In this document: positions 12,467 through 25,669 of the stretch, one piece after another
How the letters are laid out: each line of letters starts with the position of its first letter
Numbering within the stretch: the first letter of the stretch is position 1
From: Camelus dromedarius
Lineage: Eukaryota
NCBI RefSeq assembly: GCF_036321535.1
Contig: NC_087447.1
Span: forward strand, 50,098,001-50,162,000
Length of the DNA: 64,000 nucleotides
Direction: 5' to 3'
Notes under the pieces: model-generated
Database searches by the model: none
The model's input: the letters and a program-made list of their open reading frames with translations, nothing else
Told to the model about the DNA's origin: nothing
Translations under genes and position numbers: made by a program

Positions 12467-12740
12467 CTCCTGGGGCTCTCGCCTGACCCAGCCGGAAGGG
12501 GAGCGGCGAGCACGGCCCCCAGCGGACCCGATCGCTCTCCCGGCTGGGCAGGCGGCGAGGGCGCCCTCCTCGCGAGCGGCAGGAGAAGGACGCCCGGGAT
12601 CCTGGGGAGCAGCGTCGGTTCGGGTCCCGCGGGGACTGAGGCGGGGACTGTGGCGCGGACTCGGGCTGCTCTGGGGGCGCTGGGCTCCCAGGGCTTGCGC
12701 TTGCCTGCTCGCCCGAGCACTCTTCTTCACCCGGCACGGT
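12467..12740 (-). other. WNT11: Probable untranslated upstream first exon of WNT11
   Basis: Starts about 25-30 nt downstream of a TATA box and ends at a strong donor GAG|gtgagc (12467/12466). It is ATG-free and CpG-rich. An alternative donor CAA|gtaagc is at 12359/12358. The TSS is estimated. Confidence 0.65.
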
Positions 12741-12764
12741 CTCCAGCGCGGGCCGCCCGTACTG

Positions 12765-12930
12765 CTTTATAAGGCGCGGGCAGCTGCTTTGATCCGCCCA
12801 CGTCAGCGAGCCGAAACCCCACCGGGTGGCTCTGGCCGCGCGCGGGAGACGGGGCGGGGTCCCCGCGGATGCCACGGACCCGCGGCGCCAGCGGCACGAG
12901 AGGACGTCGCACCCTGTTGAGTTACAAAGA
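12765..12930 (-). promoter_or_regulatory. WNT11 distal promoter: TATA box, two TCF/LEF sites, CRE-like element, GC box
   Basis: TATAAAG (minus, 12771-12765); CTTTGAT 12787-12793; TGACGTGG (minus, 12805-12798); GGGGCGGGG 12851-12859; CTTTGTA (minus, 12929-12923). Confidence 0.7.
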
Positions 12931-15900
12931 GGAGACTTACTAACATAGCTGGCCTTTACTGAGAGTGCGGGCTGCGAGCCTACTGCGTGCCTGGAGCGCG
13001 TGGGGCCCAGGTAGGGCGGGTTTCTAAACCTCTCAGCAAACCAGGCAAGGATCCCCAAACCCGTCCGTTGACAGAGGAGGAAGCCACGGCTCAGAGGGGA
13101 GTCTGACTTAGGTCTCAGTCTGGAGCCAAGGCATCACTAGGTGTTGATCTTACAGCTCTTTACTCGAAGTATCGTGGGTCTAGAAGAGCTTCCTTGGCGT
13201 CCCAGTCCATACTTTACCGGGTCACCTCTCCAGACCTCTGATTCTAGTTCTGGGAACTCTCAGCAAAAAAAGGAGGTGCCAGGGCTCTGCGCTACCAGGC
13301 GCGCTGTAAACTTAGGCACCAAGGAGGCAGGCGTCTCACCGCTGGCATGACTGTTGGGTAGTCTTCTGGGCACCTTTGTCCCGGTCTCCAGGGGACTACC
13401 AGCGGAGAACTGGGTTTCAGAAGCTCAAGAGGACTAAGAGGTGTTTCTTGTGCAGTGCAGACTTAGCCTGAGGCTGGGGTTGGGGCTGTGTTTCTGGGGA
13501 GACTTTCCTGGAACTGATTGAGTGGCCACCCTCACCTTGGCCCTTCCTGGCTAATGATAGCCCCTCTTCCATTTCTAACTGCTCTGTTAGGTCTCCCCAC
13601 CACCTCATCCCAGGGGCCTCAATTCCAAGGATAATTTCAAGGGTAATCTAGTTCATTATCAAAAAGGGAAACTGATTTAGTGAAAAGGGGCTTCTTTCAG
13701 GTCACAAAAGACACCTGGTACTCTTTTCCTCATTCTTTGCAGCTCCCTATGAAGTGGTACCCGTACACTGCCCTAGCCTAGCTACAGGTACCTCCATATA
13801 CAGTACACACAGCTGAGCCTACGGACCCACTGCAGGCTCAGCCATATAAACACCCCTGCACATAAACAGCCAGTCCCCTTTGCACACGGGGCTGGGACTT
13901 ATCACCCCACAAATGGTCACAAACACACTCAGGAAATATTTGGACACACCGTATGCCCACACTCACTCAGTAGCACATACAGCTTAAATGGCCATACACA
14001 TCTTCAAGATGAGGCTAGACATGCAGACCAGTCCCCATCTAGTTCACGCACAAATGCACATGTGTTTCCATGCACGCAGTGAGAACACACATAGAGCTTC
14101 TTAGCGGGCATATATACGACTACATACAGTCTCTGGAATGTCCTTGCGAACACATGCTGGGACACTCCCATCTCTTCTTCCAGAGCATTGGGGTCAATCC
14201 CATTTAAAAAAGCCACAGGCAGGGAGTGGGGCTTTGGGTAGGGTGTGTAGGAAGGGCACCTGGGAGATAAGGCTGCTCCTCCTAAGAGGCTACCCATGGG
14301 GGTCAAGAGTGTCCTTAGTTCTCCCACCCCAAGGCACTCTGGCCATTCCAAGTGACTTCTGTCCAGTTGGGATGTGCTGTCCTCTGGGTCTAGCCCTTTA
14401 CTTCTTTCAGAAACTAAAGCAGTTGCCTCCAAATATTTGCATAAGCAGTACTTCAAACAGAAATCTTCTGGCTCCTAGCTAAAGGAGATTCATAAAACAA
14501 TTTGGAGTCACATAGACTTGGGTTCTAATACTGATTTTGCCCAATTTTATTTTTTAGCTGTGTGATCTTGGGCAATTTGCTTAAACTCTCTAAACCTTAG
14601 TTTCCTCTTCTATAAAATGGGAATAATACAATCCTGTCAAATCCCCTATATTCTCCAAGATGGGGATTAGTACCCCTTTTCATAAATGTAGAAGCTGAGG
14701 CTCAAAAGAGAAGAGCTGGCAAGTGTTTGGAGCTGATGTTCAAATCCAGATCTTTAGGGCTCAGAGTGCACTGGAGCTGGTGGTCCCCACTGACACAGAT
14801 GGGAGGAGGCTGATGACTCTGCATTTTCTCGAGAGGAGCTGAGAGAAGCCAGAAGATCCCAGGATTTCTGAAGCCCAGCCCTGAGCTCTCTGGGACCCTC
14901 CCAGCTCCTCAGCTCTGTCTTATGACTCAAGTCCCAGGCATCAGCTAGAACACCTGCCCTGGGAGGGGAGTGGAGGGGATGTGGTGGCAAAATTGTGGGT
15001 TGATTGTCAAAGGAGACCTGGGCAGGGGTCTGCTCCTCCCTGCCCCCTAGTCCCCATTTGCATGAGGGAGAGTATTTTACCACCTCAGACATTCTGGGGT
15101 TCTCTGAGACACTTCCGAGAAAAACTTTTTTTCATCTTTAGAACCAACTGATCTCCCCTCCTCCCTCTACCTCCTGCCTCCTTCAGTCAGGAGCCTCCTC
15201 AAGGGCCACTGTGTGTCAGGTCTGGGCTGCCAGCTCCCCTTCAGAGGGAAGGAAGCTCTGAGCAGGGCAGGGTAGGCACCCTCTTGGCTGCTGCTGTAGA
15301 TGTTAATATAGTTTCCTTCTCCATTACTCCCAGTGATTCTGGTTACCTGATTGCCCATATGTGCTGGGGCTTCCTGTCAGCTGGCTTCTCAGCCCCTGCC
15401 TGGCTGCTATTGGTCCAGGGCATATTTCTTTGTACACACCACCATGGGGGCACCCAGGGAAGGACATGAGATGGGGGAAGCCACAGTTGCATTTACCATG
15501 TTCACCTCTACTGACCCCTCGGCCCACCTCAGCTTCCCTCTCTTGGGGCCAAGGCCTTGGTGAGGGGCAATGGGGAGAGGGCAAGTCAGTAATTTCCAGG
15601 AGCCCTGGATGGGGGCACGTGTGACCAGGTTCCAGTCCTTAGCCCCGTCAGGAGTTGGCTGTGTGACAGCAGGTCATTATTTTGCCCTCTCTGAGTCTGT
15701 CACCTCATCTGTAAGTGAAGGGGTTGAACTAGACAACCTCCAGGCCTTTTTCAGCTCCAGACCCTTGGTCTTGGGTCTCCTCTTACCCCTGTCATAGGAT
15801 GAATCATGAACATGGTAGACATGATGAGACCAAAGGGTGCCTTTCCAGCACCAGGGGCTTTTCAGAAAAGGATGGCATGTCCAATGAACTCAGATCTCCC

Positions 15901-16389
15901 CAGCAAGGGAGAGGAGGATCAAATAGCAGCAAGCGTGTCATCAGAGCACCTGGGCCTGGCTCTCAGACTCTCCTCCTGCACTTCCTCATGGTGTGACCCT
16001 GGACAAGTCACTCACCCTCTGTGATCCTTGGTTTCATCATCTGCAAAATGGGAAAATCACTAAACCACTCCCTCCCAAGGTTCCTGGGAGATTATATCGC
16101 ACACCTACTGTGTGGGAGGCAGTTCTCTGCCTATGGGTGAGGCGTGTCCTCTGCCCACTGCTCAGGAGGGAGTGTTCTCCTCTCTGACCTTGGAGGAGGG
16201 GTTAGTCTTTTACAGGGCTCAGGGGGCAGGCTTGGGGCCGTCAGGGTCAGGTGGGAGGTTTCTATCCTGGGTGCACATAACACAACGCCACCCACCACCC
16301 ATCGCTACTTTGTGTTACTTCTGAAAGGCCACTTTCAATTCTCCATTGTTTAATCATGGTGGTGGCAGCTCAGGAGACAATGTTTGTGT

Positions 16390-16800
16390 TTTCTCAGGCC
16401 TCTTTCAACTCCAAGAGAGAAATCCAACCTCAACCAGCTTAAACCTAAGGGAAACTAATTGGCTCGTATGAGGAGGAGAAATCAGGGTGGCTGGGGATCT
16501 GAAGGGAGACCTGCGCTCACTGGGACAGGAGCTCCCTGACATGCTGTCTGAAACTCTTTTCTGATTCTTGCTACTCTTTCAGGCAACATGGGCCTCATTC
16601 CTTCCCTCTGCTCTGTGGCCACTGACAGCCCCAGTTCATTATTCGAGGCAAATGAGAACTTCTGTCTCCCTGGGCCTCTGTATCAGTCCCAGGGAAGGTG
16701 ACTGATTGGCCAGCTTGAGTCACATGACCTGCCCTTGATCAACAGCTGCTATTGCCATGGGAGGGGCCACCCCTGGGAATGGCCCGGCAGTGCTGCCACC
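16390..16800 (-). mobile_element. Old MLT1-type LTR fragment
   Basis: Motifs agaaatccaac...cagcttaaac...attggctc and gattggccagcttgagtcacatg are typical of old MLT1 LTRs. Boundaries approximate. Confidence 0.45.
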
Positions 16801-17109
16801 AGAACGGGAGGAATGGAAAGCTGTGGGCACTAGGTCTAGGTTGGCAGTTTCTTCTCTGGTTGGGCTTCTCCTTCTCTGGTATGAATACAAGTCATTGTTT
16901 CTGCACGTGGGACCCATCCTGCATACATACAAGGCCAGAGACCCACCACACTCGGCCCCCATTGCACACAGAGAGAAACTGAGGCTGAGAGAGGACAACA
17001 GCTTGTCTCATATCACTGGTCTCTGACGCAGGAGAACTGAGAAACCAGGTCTTCTGACACTCAGCCCATAAGCCTTGAGTCATTTGTCAGCCTGTCACTT
17101 GTCTGAACT

Positions 17110-17610
17110 CTTTCTGGGCAGGCCAGCGAGGGAGCTTTTTTAATGGCACCGGTCCCTCTCATCCCAGAACACACACACCTGTTTGAAATGTGACTCCATG
17201 CAAAGATGAAGACTATATTACCCAAGCCCTTGATCTGGGCTGGCTTTGTGACTTGATTGGACCAACGCATGTGACAGGATTGATGCTGGCCATGTTCTGG
17301 GGCCCAGGCTTCAGGGTCCTTGCAGCTTCTTCCTTCACCCCCGTGGAGCCTCGCCCCGCCACCCTCAGAAGCCCAGGCTGGGCTGTAAGTGTAAAGAGAG
17401 GCCCTGATACCACGTGGAGAGGGCCTGGCCAGCCCAGCAGAACCCAGGCCTGGCTGACCCACCAGCCAAGTGTGGCCTCTCGAGGGAGTCCAGAGAGATC
17501 GGCCAAACTGCCGACTCAGCCTACAGAATCAGGAGAATCAACTAGTTGTTTTTTTTCAGCCACTGAATTTTGATATGGTTTGTTACATAGTGAGAGATAC
17601 TTGAAGCAGC
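17110..17610 (+). mobile_element. Old MLT1-type LTR fragment
   Basis: Ends with ttcagccactgaattttgatatggtttgttacatagtgagagatacttgaagca, an MLT1-like 3' end. Confidence 0.5.
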
Positions 17611-20600
17611 CAGGCTTATATAGTGAAAAAATGGAAAATATTCATGTGTCTCAGGTCATTTCAGAATCTCAAAGTTGGGCCACTTACCCTCTTAGAACCC
17701 TGACGTTCTGGCCACTGGAGCTCCTGTAAATGTCCCCACTGCTCTGGGAGCAGCACTGGTCAGTGACAGGCTCTGTCTCACCCATGCTGTGTCCCTGGTA
17801 CTCCATCAGGGCCAGTGAACAGTAGTTCTTCCAAAACTGCCAAAGGAATGAGTGAATTCCTCACTGGCCTCTGCTTGCAAACCTCCAGGGAAGGGAGCTC
17901 ACTCCCTCCAGGGCAGCCTTTTCCACCATGGGAAGGCTCTCCATGGGAGAAGGTCCTTCTTCATTAAGAGCAGAGATCTATGACTCCTCCCATGGTCTGG
18001 ACTCTCTTCCTGGGTCCCCTCATCCATATGACAGCCCTGGGTGCTTTGCAGTGGTCCCTGGCATTTGCAAAGCAGCGTGATTTCCTTTGATAGCAAGTGT
18101 TTTCATGTACATGGAACCCCGGCCACAACTGTAACCTTAAGGGAAGTGTTTCTACCAGGGATTGAAACAAGCATGGACTCTGGGAGCCCATGTTTTGAGG
18201 TTTCAGCTGCAACCCCACCTCTGTATGGCCTTGGAAAAGATATTACCTGTCTTTGAGCCTCAGTTTTCTCATCTGGAAAATTGGAGTAGTGAAATTTACC
18301 ATATAGGTTTGCTGTGGGGCTTAAAGAGGCGAAATGTAAAATGCTCTGCATGTAATCAGTCCTTGATAAAGGTTAGTTCTTTTTCTGCCAGGTACATAAA
18401 CAGTTCCAGATGGAGAGTGCATTTGTACTTAGCATTCATGTCTATATAAATAATGTGCAGGTGGGGGAGGAATTGTCAGGTGGCCGGGGGTGGGGGAGGG
18501 CCTTCTCAGCAGCAGAAACAGCTTAACCAAAGACAAGAGGGGGAAGTTTGGTTTCAAGGAAGCAGAGTGTGTGGCAGGGGGCTCCATGTTGCTGGCATCA
18601 AGGGTGACAGGAGGGAAGGTGACTGGGAATAGACAGATCTGTGCCTGGAGGGCCCCGAACGCTGAGCAAGAGAGCATAAGCTTTGCCAAGGGGGACATGG
18701 AGGAGGTCTGGAGTCAGTTTGTCACTTGTCTGAACTCGGGGTATAGTCAGATGTGGGATTCAAGTCTGGCCTGATCTGGGGGTGGATCACGAGGGGAGGT
18801 GAGAGAGAATTCCTGGGAGCTTGGGGTGGAACCAAGAGTGGTTTAGACCCATCGTAGGGAGGGAGAGCCTAGCCACTCAGTGTGAACACACCAGTCATGA
18901 GAAGCAGGGCCCTTGACCCTCTGGCCTAGCACTGCGACTCTGCATCTTCAGGGCCAGGCTCTGTTGGGAAGAGCATATTTTCTGCCTTTTCTGTTTTGGA
19001 ACAGGCTGTGAAGGAGGCCAGGGGATGAGACCTGAGCCAGATCTGCAGCCAAAGGGATGCAGGGAAGACCAGAGCGAGGACTAACCTTACCTGTTTATCT
19101 GGCAGTGACTCAGAGAAGTCCCTTTCAAGGCCTGCTTGCTCATGGTATGAACCATCCTTAACCTCTGAGCTGGGCTTACAGTTTTCTAAGCCCTGCAGCA
19201 GTTTTGAGCTCCTTTGAGACTAGCAGCTGCCTTGGGAGTGGAGGGAAGAAGGCTGGGCAAAGATGATTAGCCCTATTTTAAGGTGGGGAAACCTAGGCCC
19301 AGAGAGGGGAAGTCACTTGCCCAAAACCGCACAGCAAATGTATGGCAGAACTGGGCTGGAGCCCAAACCTCCTGCCTCCCGTTGCATCGTAGCCTCTTTC
19401 CACAGTGCTGAGGGACCGGCTGGGCAAGATGTTCTCAGTTACCTACACTGGGTGAAGAGTGAGGGGAGCCAGAGAGAGGTTGACAGCTGTCAGCGGACAA
19501 CACTTAACCCAAACTGACAATTTAATTGTGAAAATGTGGGCAAGGTACAGTTATGTGTAAGGAAATCCAGACGGTCTGGGCCCCTGGGGAGCCTCAGCCA
19601 GCACCCCAGTTGCTGGGGAAACGGAGAGGGCTGGGGATGATGTCACTAGATTTGAGGCTGAGGCATGGGGGATGGGCTACCCAGCCACCTCTCTGGGACT
19701 AGATGAGGCTGTGGGCCTGGCCACAGGCTGTCGTCAACATGGTTAACTCCTTCCTTTACAGATGGGGCAAAAAGGAGCTCTGGAGCAGGGTGGTGACTTG
19801 CCCAAGGTGACCCAGGGAGTCAGTGGCCATGTCCATTCATCCAGCAGGCTGCAGGAGTCTTGAGCACAGGGCCCTGTCAGAGTCATCTGTGAGTCCCCAT
19901 GTTCCACACAGGGCTTTGCACAGAGCAGAACTCAACTCTGCAGCCAGGGCTACTTGATCCCTTCATACAATTGAGGGGTGTAGGCCCCTTCTGGAGGTGA
20001 CACGTCTTGAGTTCATAATAGCCTTAGATGCAGAGGAATCCTGACCAGTCACCCAGAGCAGGGCTGTCTGGTTCAGGGGACACTGAGCTGAGAAAGGAGA
20101 GATCAACAGGCCAAGCTCACCAGCAGGTTGAGGCAGCGGTGGGCTGACCCTGAGTCATACCCCACAGGGCAATCCTTACCCAAGGAGGAGTGGTCCCTCT
20201 CAAGCCATCCCCCCAGCTCTGGGCTGGGGATCTGGACCTTGGGAAGCCCCTATTGTCTGAAGCATTTGCTCAGAATCCCCAGCTTCTGACTGGAGGCTAA
20301 ACATCAACCCACAGAGAGCATCAGTAACAATGGTAACAACTGCCCTTAGCTCAGCCCCTACTGTGTGCCAGGCCCAGCGAGATCGCTCTGGGCTCCTTAC
20401 TCAAATATTTACAATTCTCTGAGCTGGGAATTACTGTTCTCACTTTGTAGTTCAGAAAGCAGGCTGGGGGCTGGGGGTGGGAGAAGAGTCACTTGCCCAC
20501 CGCACACAGACAGAAAGTAAAAAGCTGGGCCTTGGACCCCAGGTCACTCTGTATCTAAAAACCATGACTGCCTTCTTCCCTGGCTCTTAGGTCCTCCCAC

Positions 20601-21351
20601 AGTGGCCCCTAGGGAAGGAAGGAGGTAGATGAGGTTTTGCCTGCTCAGCCTCCCTCTTGCTTCCATCCCCAACTTTCTGGGGTTCTGGTAGGGCAGCAGG
20701 TCGCCACGCCCAGTACTCTGTTAGAAGGCCTGACCTTTTGGAGACCATCGACCAGTCCACATAATATGACCCAACTAGACCAAATAGAGCTGTTTCCCTC
20801 AGCTTGCATTACTGGGTTCTGCGAGAAAGCAGTTAGCTCCCCTTTGGAATGCAAGCTCTAAAGGTGTGATCCCCAGAGCTGCAAGCAGCCAGCAGCTGTC
20901 TTCCTTGCCCTATGAAGACAAGGAAAAGGCAAGAGGAAGAGAAGAAACAGGAAGGGAGAGTGAAGGTCATTTGGGTCCCCAGCACACCCACGTCCCTCTC
21001 AGTTATGTGAGTCAGTGAATCCACGTTTGTTAGGCTCACTGGAGTCAGGTCTCTTGCAACTGGAGTCACCCTGACTATTACCTCTGCAATGTACCCCAGA
21101 GTCCTGTGCTGCTTTTATAGGAGGTACAAAATGAGCAAAGTTTCCTGTCCTCTAGGAACTAACAATCTGAGCAGGGGAGAGCAGAGGCACATATAGCTCT
21201 GGGTCCTATCCCTACTCTGTCTCAAACTTGCTGTGTAATCCTTCCCCTAGCTGGGCTATAATTTCTCATCTTTAACACAGGGTGTGGGTAGATGTTGGGT
21301 TCGGTGCTCTGCAAGCTGCCCTACAGATCTACACAATGACTTTTTTTTAAG

Positions 21352-22639
21352 AAAAAATTTTGAGATATAATTCACATACCATATATTTACTATTTTAAAG
21401 TGTACAGTTTGGTGGGTTTTAGTATATCCACAAATCTGTGCAACCATCACCACTTTCTAACTTTAGAGCATTTCCATCACCCCAAAAAGAAATCCCATAC
21501 CTATCAATCCCCAGTCCACCCACCACCTCATCCCCTAGCAACTGCAAATATCCTATGGATTTTCCTATTCTGGGTGTTTCAGGTTCATCTTCAAGTTCAT
21601 CCATGTTGTAGTACTTCATTTCTTCTTATAACTGGATAATATTCCATTATATGGATATAGCATATTCTGTTTCTCCATTGATCGGCTGATGCACATTTGG
21701 GTTGTTTCCACTTGTTGACTATTATCAACAATGCTGCTGTGAATATTCATGTACACGCTTTGTATGAAATATAGGCTTTCAATTTGTGTGTGGAGGGGAG
21801 AGTAGAATTGCTGGATTATATGGTAACTCTCTATGATTTTGATGAATTGCCAAACTGTTTTCCACAGTGGCTTCACCATTTTACAATTCTACCAGCAATG
21901 TGTAAAGATTCCAATTTCTCCACATCCTTGCCAACACTTGTTATTTTCTTTTTAATTTTTGGCCATCCTAGTGGGTGAGAAGTGATATCTCACTGTGGTT
22001 GTGATTTGAATTTCCCCAGTGACTAATGATATTGAGCATATTTTCATGTGTTCATTGGCCGTTTGTATATTTGCTTTGGAGAAATGTTTATTCAAATATT
22101 TTGCCCTTTTAAAAAAATGAGTTGTCTTTTTTTATTGTTGAATTATAAAAGTTCTTTTGTTGTTGTTGAGTTATTAGAGTTCTTTATATACATTGAATAT
22201 TAGGATACTACAGTCTTAACAGATATAGCTGTTTGCAAATATTTCCTCTCATTTTGTGTGTTGCCTTTTCACTTTCTCAATAGTGTCTTTTGAAGTACAG
22301 AGTTTTTCATTTTTACGATATAGAATTTCTCTATTTTTTTCCATTGGCTACTTATGTTTTTGGTGTCATATCTGACAAATAATTATCTTATCTGAGACCA
22401 TAGAGATTTACACCTGTGTGTTCTTCTAAGAGTTTTCTAGTTTTAGCTCCTACATTTAGGTCTTCGATCCATTTTGAGTTCATATTTGTAAATGGCGTGA
22501 GGTAGGGGTGCAGCTTCATTCTTTTGCATGTGGCTGGCTAGTTGTCCCAGCATCATTTATTAAAAAGAGTATTCTTTTTCCATTGAATTGTCTTGGCTGT
22601 TTTGTCAAAACTCAGTTGACCACAAATGTATGGGTTTAT
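21352..22639 (-). mobile_element. L1 (L1MB-like) 3' fragment
   Basis: AT-rich antisense L1 3'UTR/ORF2-end sequence (tgagatataattcacatacc..., ttccacagtggcttcaccatttt, ccaacacttgttatt). Degenerate flanking direct repeats are tacacaatgacttt..aag (21330) and tacacaattgtcttttaag (22640). Confidence 0.88.
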
Positions 22640-24050
22640 TACACAATTGTCTTTTAAGTGACATCTAGGAAGTAAGTTACAGAAGGATCCACATAGTCAC
22701 CAGTATGTGACAGAGAGAGGAGAACAAATGTGAAGTCTGGAGTCCCTCAGACCTGTGTTTCAATTCCAGATCCACTGGCACCCTAGGCAAACTATTTAAT
22801 TTGCCTTTTAATAAATAGGACAATATATTACACTGAACACATTCTTGTTACAAAAAATACCAGCATCTGGATATTCCTGAGCCTCAGTTTCCTGCTCTAT
22901 CTTGTTTTAGCCCCAGGGGATGCTGGAAAGCGCAGGGTGTGATGTGGGGGGGAGGGACAGTCGGAAATCTGCAGGCCTGAGGGTGTGTGAAAGGCTGCCT
23001 TTTGTCCATCAGTTGATGAAAACACAGGAGTCTGGTGTCTGCATCACAGCATAACTCAGAAGACACCTCCCATGTCCCCCTTCCCAGGAGTCTTATGGCA
23101 TCCAGGCACGTCCTCCTGCCCCAGGCTAGCATAGAGCAGGCCGCACGTGTCATGAGGCTCTTGGCTCCACACCAGTCTCGGTTTGGTGGGGCCGCGCCGG
23201 GAGAGCAAGGTGGTTGGGGTCCTGCGGGAAGGCTTCGGTTTCTCACTTTGTGGGTAAGTGAGCAAAGCATGCAGAAGGTCAGGGAGAAGAAAGTGCAAGA
23301 GGAAGGTAGGAGGAACCTGCCATTTGCTGAGCACCTTCAACTTCCAGGAAGGACTCTGAACTTCATCCCAGCTCACAACTACCCAGGGACGCAGGACTCA
23401 GGCAGATCACATCCATTTCACAGAACGCAAAACTGGCTCAGAGGAGAAGGATGTGTTTGCTCAAGATCACACGGCCAGCAGGTGACAGAGCAAGGATGGA
23501 ACCCCATTCCATCTGTCCTGAAACGCAGACTTTTCTTGGTGCCAAGCTACCCTGGAGAGAAAAGAGAAAAAAAAGAAGGCAAATGAAAGAGGGAGAGCCC
23601 CGCAGACAGAGTCACACAGAGAGGAAAATAAAGAGAGGCAAAAATTAAAAACAAGAGTGGAAAGAGCAAGAGGCTGTGGCCGAGGCCTGGAGCTGGTCCT
23701 CGGGGAGCAGCCGAGGGCGGGACGGCCGGAAACCGGCTCACTGAACCTGGAGCCAAGAACCAGGGTTGGCCTGAGACCTGGCGGCAAAGCTTTCACCTCG
23801 AGATACTGAAGCCGGGGAGGCTGGCGTGGGGGCAGCAGGGTCTGCCTGGGAGGAGGACGGCGTGGCCGGATGGCCAGCAGCTGCCAAGCCGGGCCCCTCA
23901 CACATCATCCAGCTGAAACAACCACGGTGGCCGCGCCGGCTGGCAGCGCCTCGCTCCCGACGTGCAGAACAGCAGGCTTGGAGGAGCACGACCAGACCTT
24001 CCTGGAACATGGGTTGTTCTTAGGACAAACTCCTTCGTGTGACCTGTAAG

Positions 24051-24135
24051 TCGGGTGGCTGTACAGTTTATTGTCCCAACTGAGACACTCCAGAGTGAGG
24101 GGGACAACAGGCATAAACGGTTATGTGTGGCCTCC
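24051..24135. mobile_element. MER81-like hAT-Blackjack MITE remnant
   Basis: gggtggctgtacagtttattgtcccaactgagacact...gggacaacaggcataaac resembles the recalled MER81 consensus. Confidence 0.55.
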
Positions 24136-24974
24136 GGGCCTCTAAGACCCTGCCCGGTTGGGCCTGGCCTGTTCCTGATGCAGCTGCCCCCCAACCCCGC
24201 CCACCCCCCCGCCCCCGGCTCTCTGTGCTTCCTTCACTCGCCTTCCTCTGCAGACACTTAGGGCCTTGGAATTGTCTGGAACACCCTGCCCCACGCCACC
24301 CCCATCTCCACACCCCTTCATTGTTCCTACTCGCCCTTAGAACCCAGCTCCAGCCATGTCAGTGCCCTTGGTCAGCCATTCAATACATCATGTGTTTTCC
24401 TTCCACGGTTCCGATCACAATCACAATAATCAAAGAAATTCTTAATTGTGTGTTTGATCATTTTAACGTCTGTCTCCCTTCCTAAGGGCAGGGCTGGGTC
24501 TGACTTGCCCACTATTGCATCCTGAACACCCAGCCAAAGGCTCTGGTGCATAAATGAATAAATCAACTCCCAGGGCCCCTCGTACGGACACAGAGTTGTG
24601 TGTCCCCCTTGTATTTTGGGGTTCTTTTCCATACAAGGAAAGGAAAGGAAGGAGCTAGTTCTAAAGAGAAGAACTTCTTGGGTCCAATGTGCACTTCTGA
24701 TTTCCTTCACAGGCTCTGAGCTCCTGCTGGGAGATACATCCGCTTCTCACCTCTTCCCCGTCTCTATCCTAGTTTTGGGCCTGGGTGAGGGGCTCAAGTT
24801 GGATGTACTGATGAGTGATGGCAATGTGAACATCAATGCGGTGGATCACAGAAAGTCTGAACTGGGAGGAACCCTAGAGATCATGAGGTAACAGGCAAAT
24901 GCTGAGTCCAGGCCCCATAGGTACAAATAATGTTAGTGTTTCATCCTGTTGTCTTGTCCAACCAACCATATTTT

Positions 24975-25150
24975 TTTTCTATTTTTAAATGTGCCAGCCA
25001 GTAGATTTTAGTATATTTACAAAGTTGTGCAACCATCACCACTATCTAACTCCACAGCATTTCATCACCCTAGAAAGAAACCCCGTACTCAACAGCATCC
25101 CTGCTTCCCTTTCCCTTCCCCTCAGCCCCTGACAACCAGTATCCACCTTT
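24975..25150 (-). mobile_element. Short L1 3' fragment
   Basis: tttagtatatttacaaagttgtgcaaccatcaccactatctaa...cccctgacaacc, homologous to the start of the 21.35 kb L1. Confidence 0.7.
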
Positions 25151-25669
25151 TTTTTAATGATGGGGAAATTAAGGCCAGTGCCTTGTCTAATGTCACCTTG
25201 TCAGCCAGCAGCAGAGCCAGAATGAGAGCCCAGGCCTCCTGACACCCAGTCTGTTGCAGGCCTGAGCTTTCTCTGGGGCCCTCAGGCATTCTCTGGTGCC
25301 TAACATGAAAGAGCTGCTTAACAATGGCCCATTAAGGGGAGGCTAACAGGAAGATGAGACTGGACCATCTGCAGTTATGCCCTGGACCCTTCAGAGCCTG
25401 CCCGTGCCCAGAATGGAGCTGGGCGCTTTTGGGGGGCAGAAGACACACTTAGAAATCATTTCTAGCCGGTACCCTGCTTCCTACAATAGCCAGTGTCCTT
25501 TCACAGCTGGGAATGCCCTTTCCCTAAGTGATCACATGGCCTCCCCTCTCTTCCTTCAGCCCTCCCCAAAGGCCCCCTTCTCACAGCGGCCTGCCCTGAC
25601 TGCCTTATTTCCAAGTGTGAACAGGCCCGCCCCTCCCTGCTGGTGTGCTGGCCTCCTTCCAGGGGGACT

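Larger units (their letters stand above)
10280..13030. promoter_or_regulatory. CpG island cluster in the first intron and upstream exon of WNT11
   Basis: CpG-dense blocks at about 10280-11180, 11420-11700 and 12200-13030, judged by eye. Confidence 0.75.

Noticed and set aside
13790..14160. CA/ACAC-rich segment upstream of the promoter
   Set aside because: Looks like an old degenerate (CA)n-derived low-complexity region, with no evidence of function.
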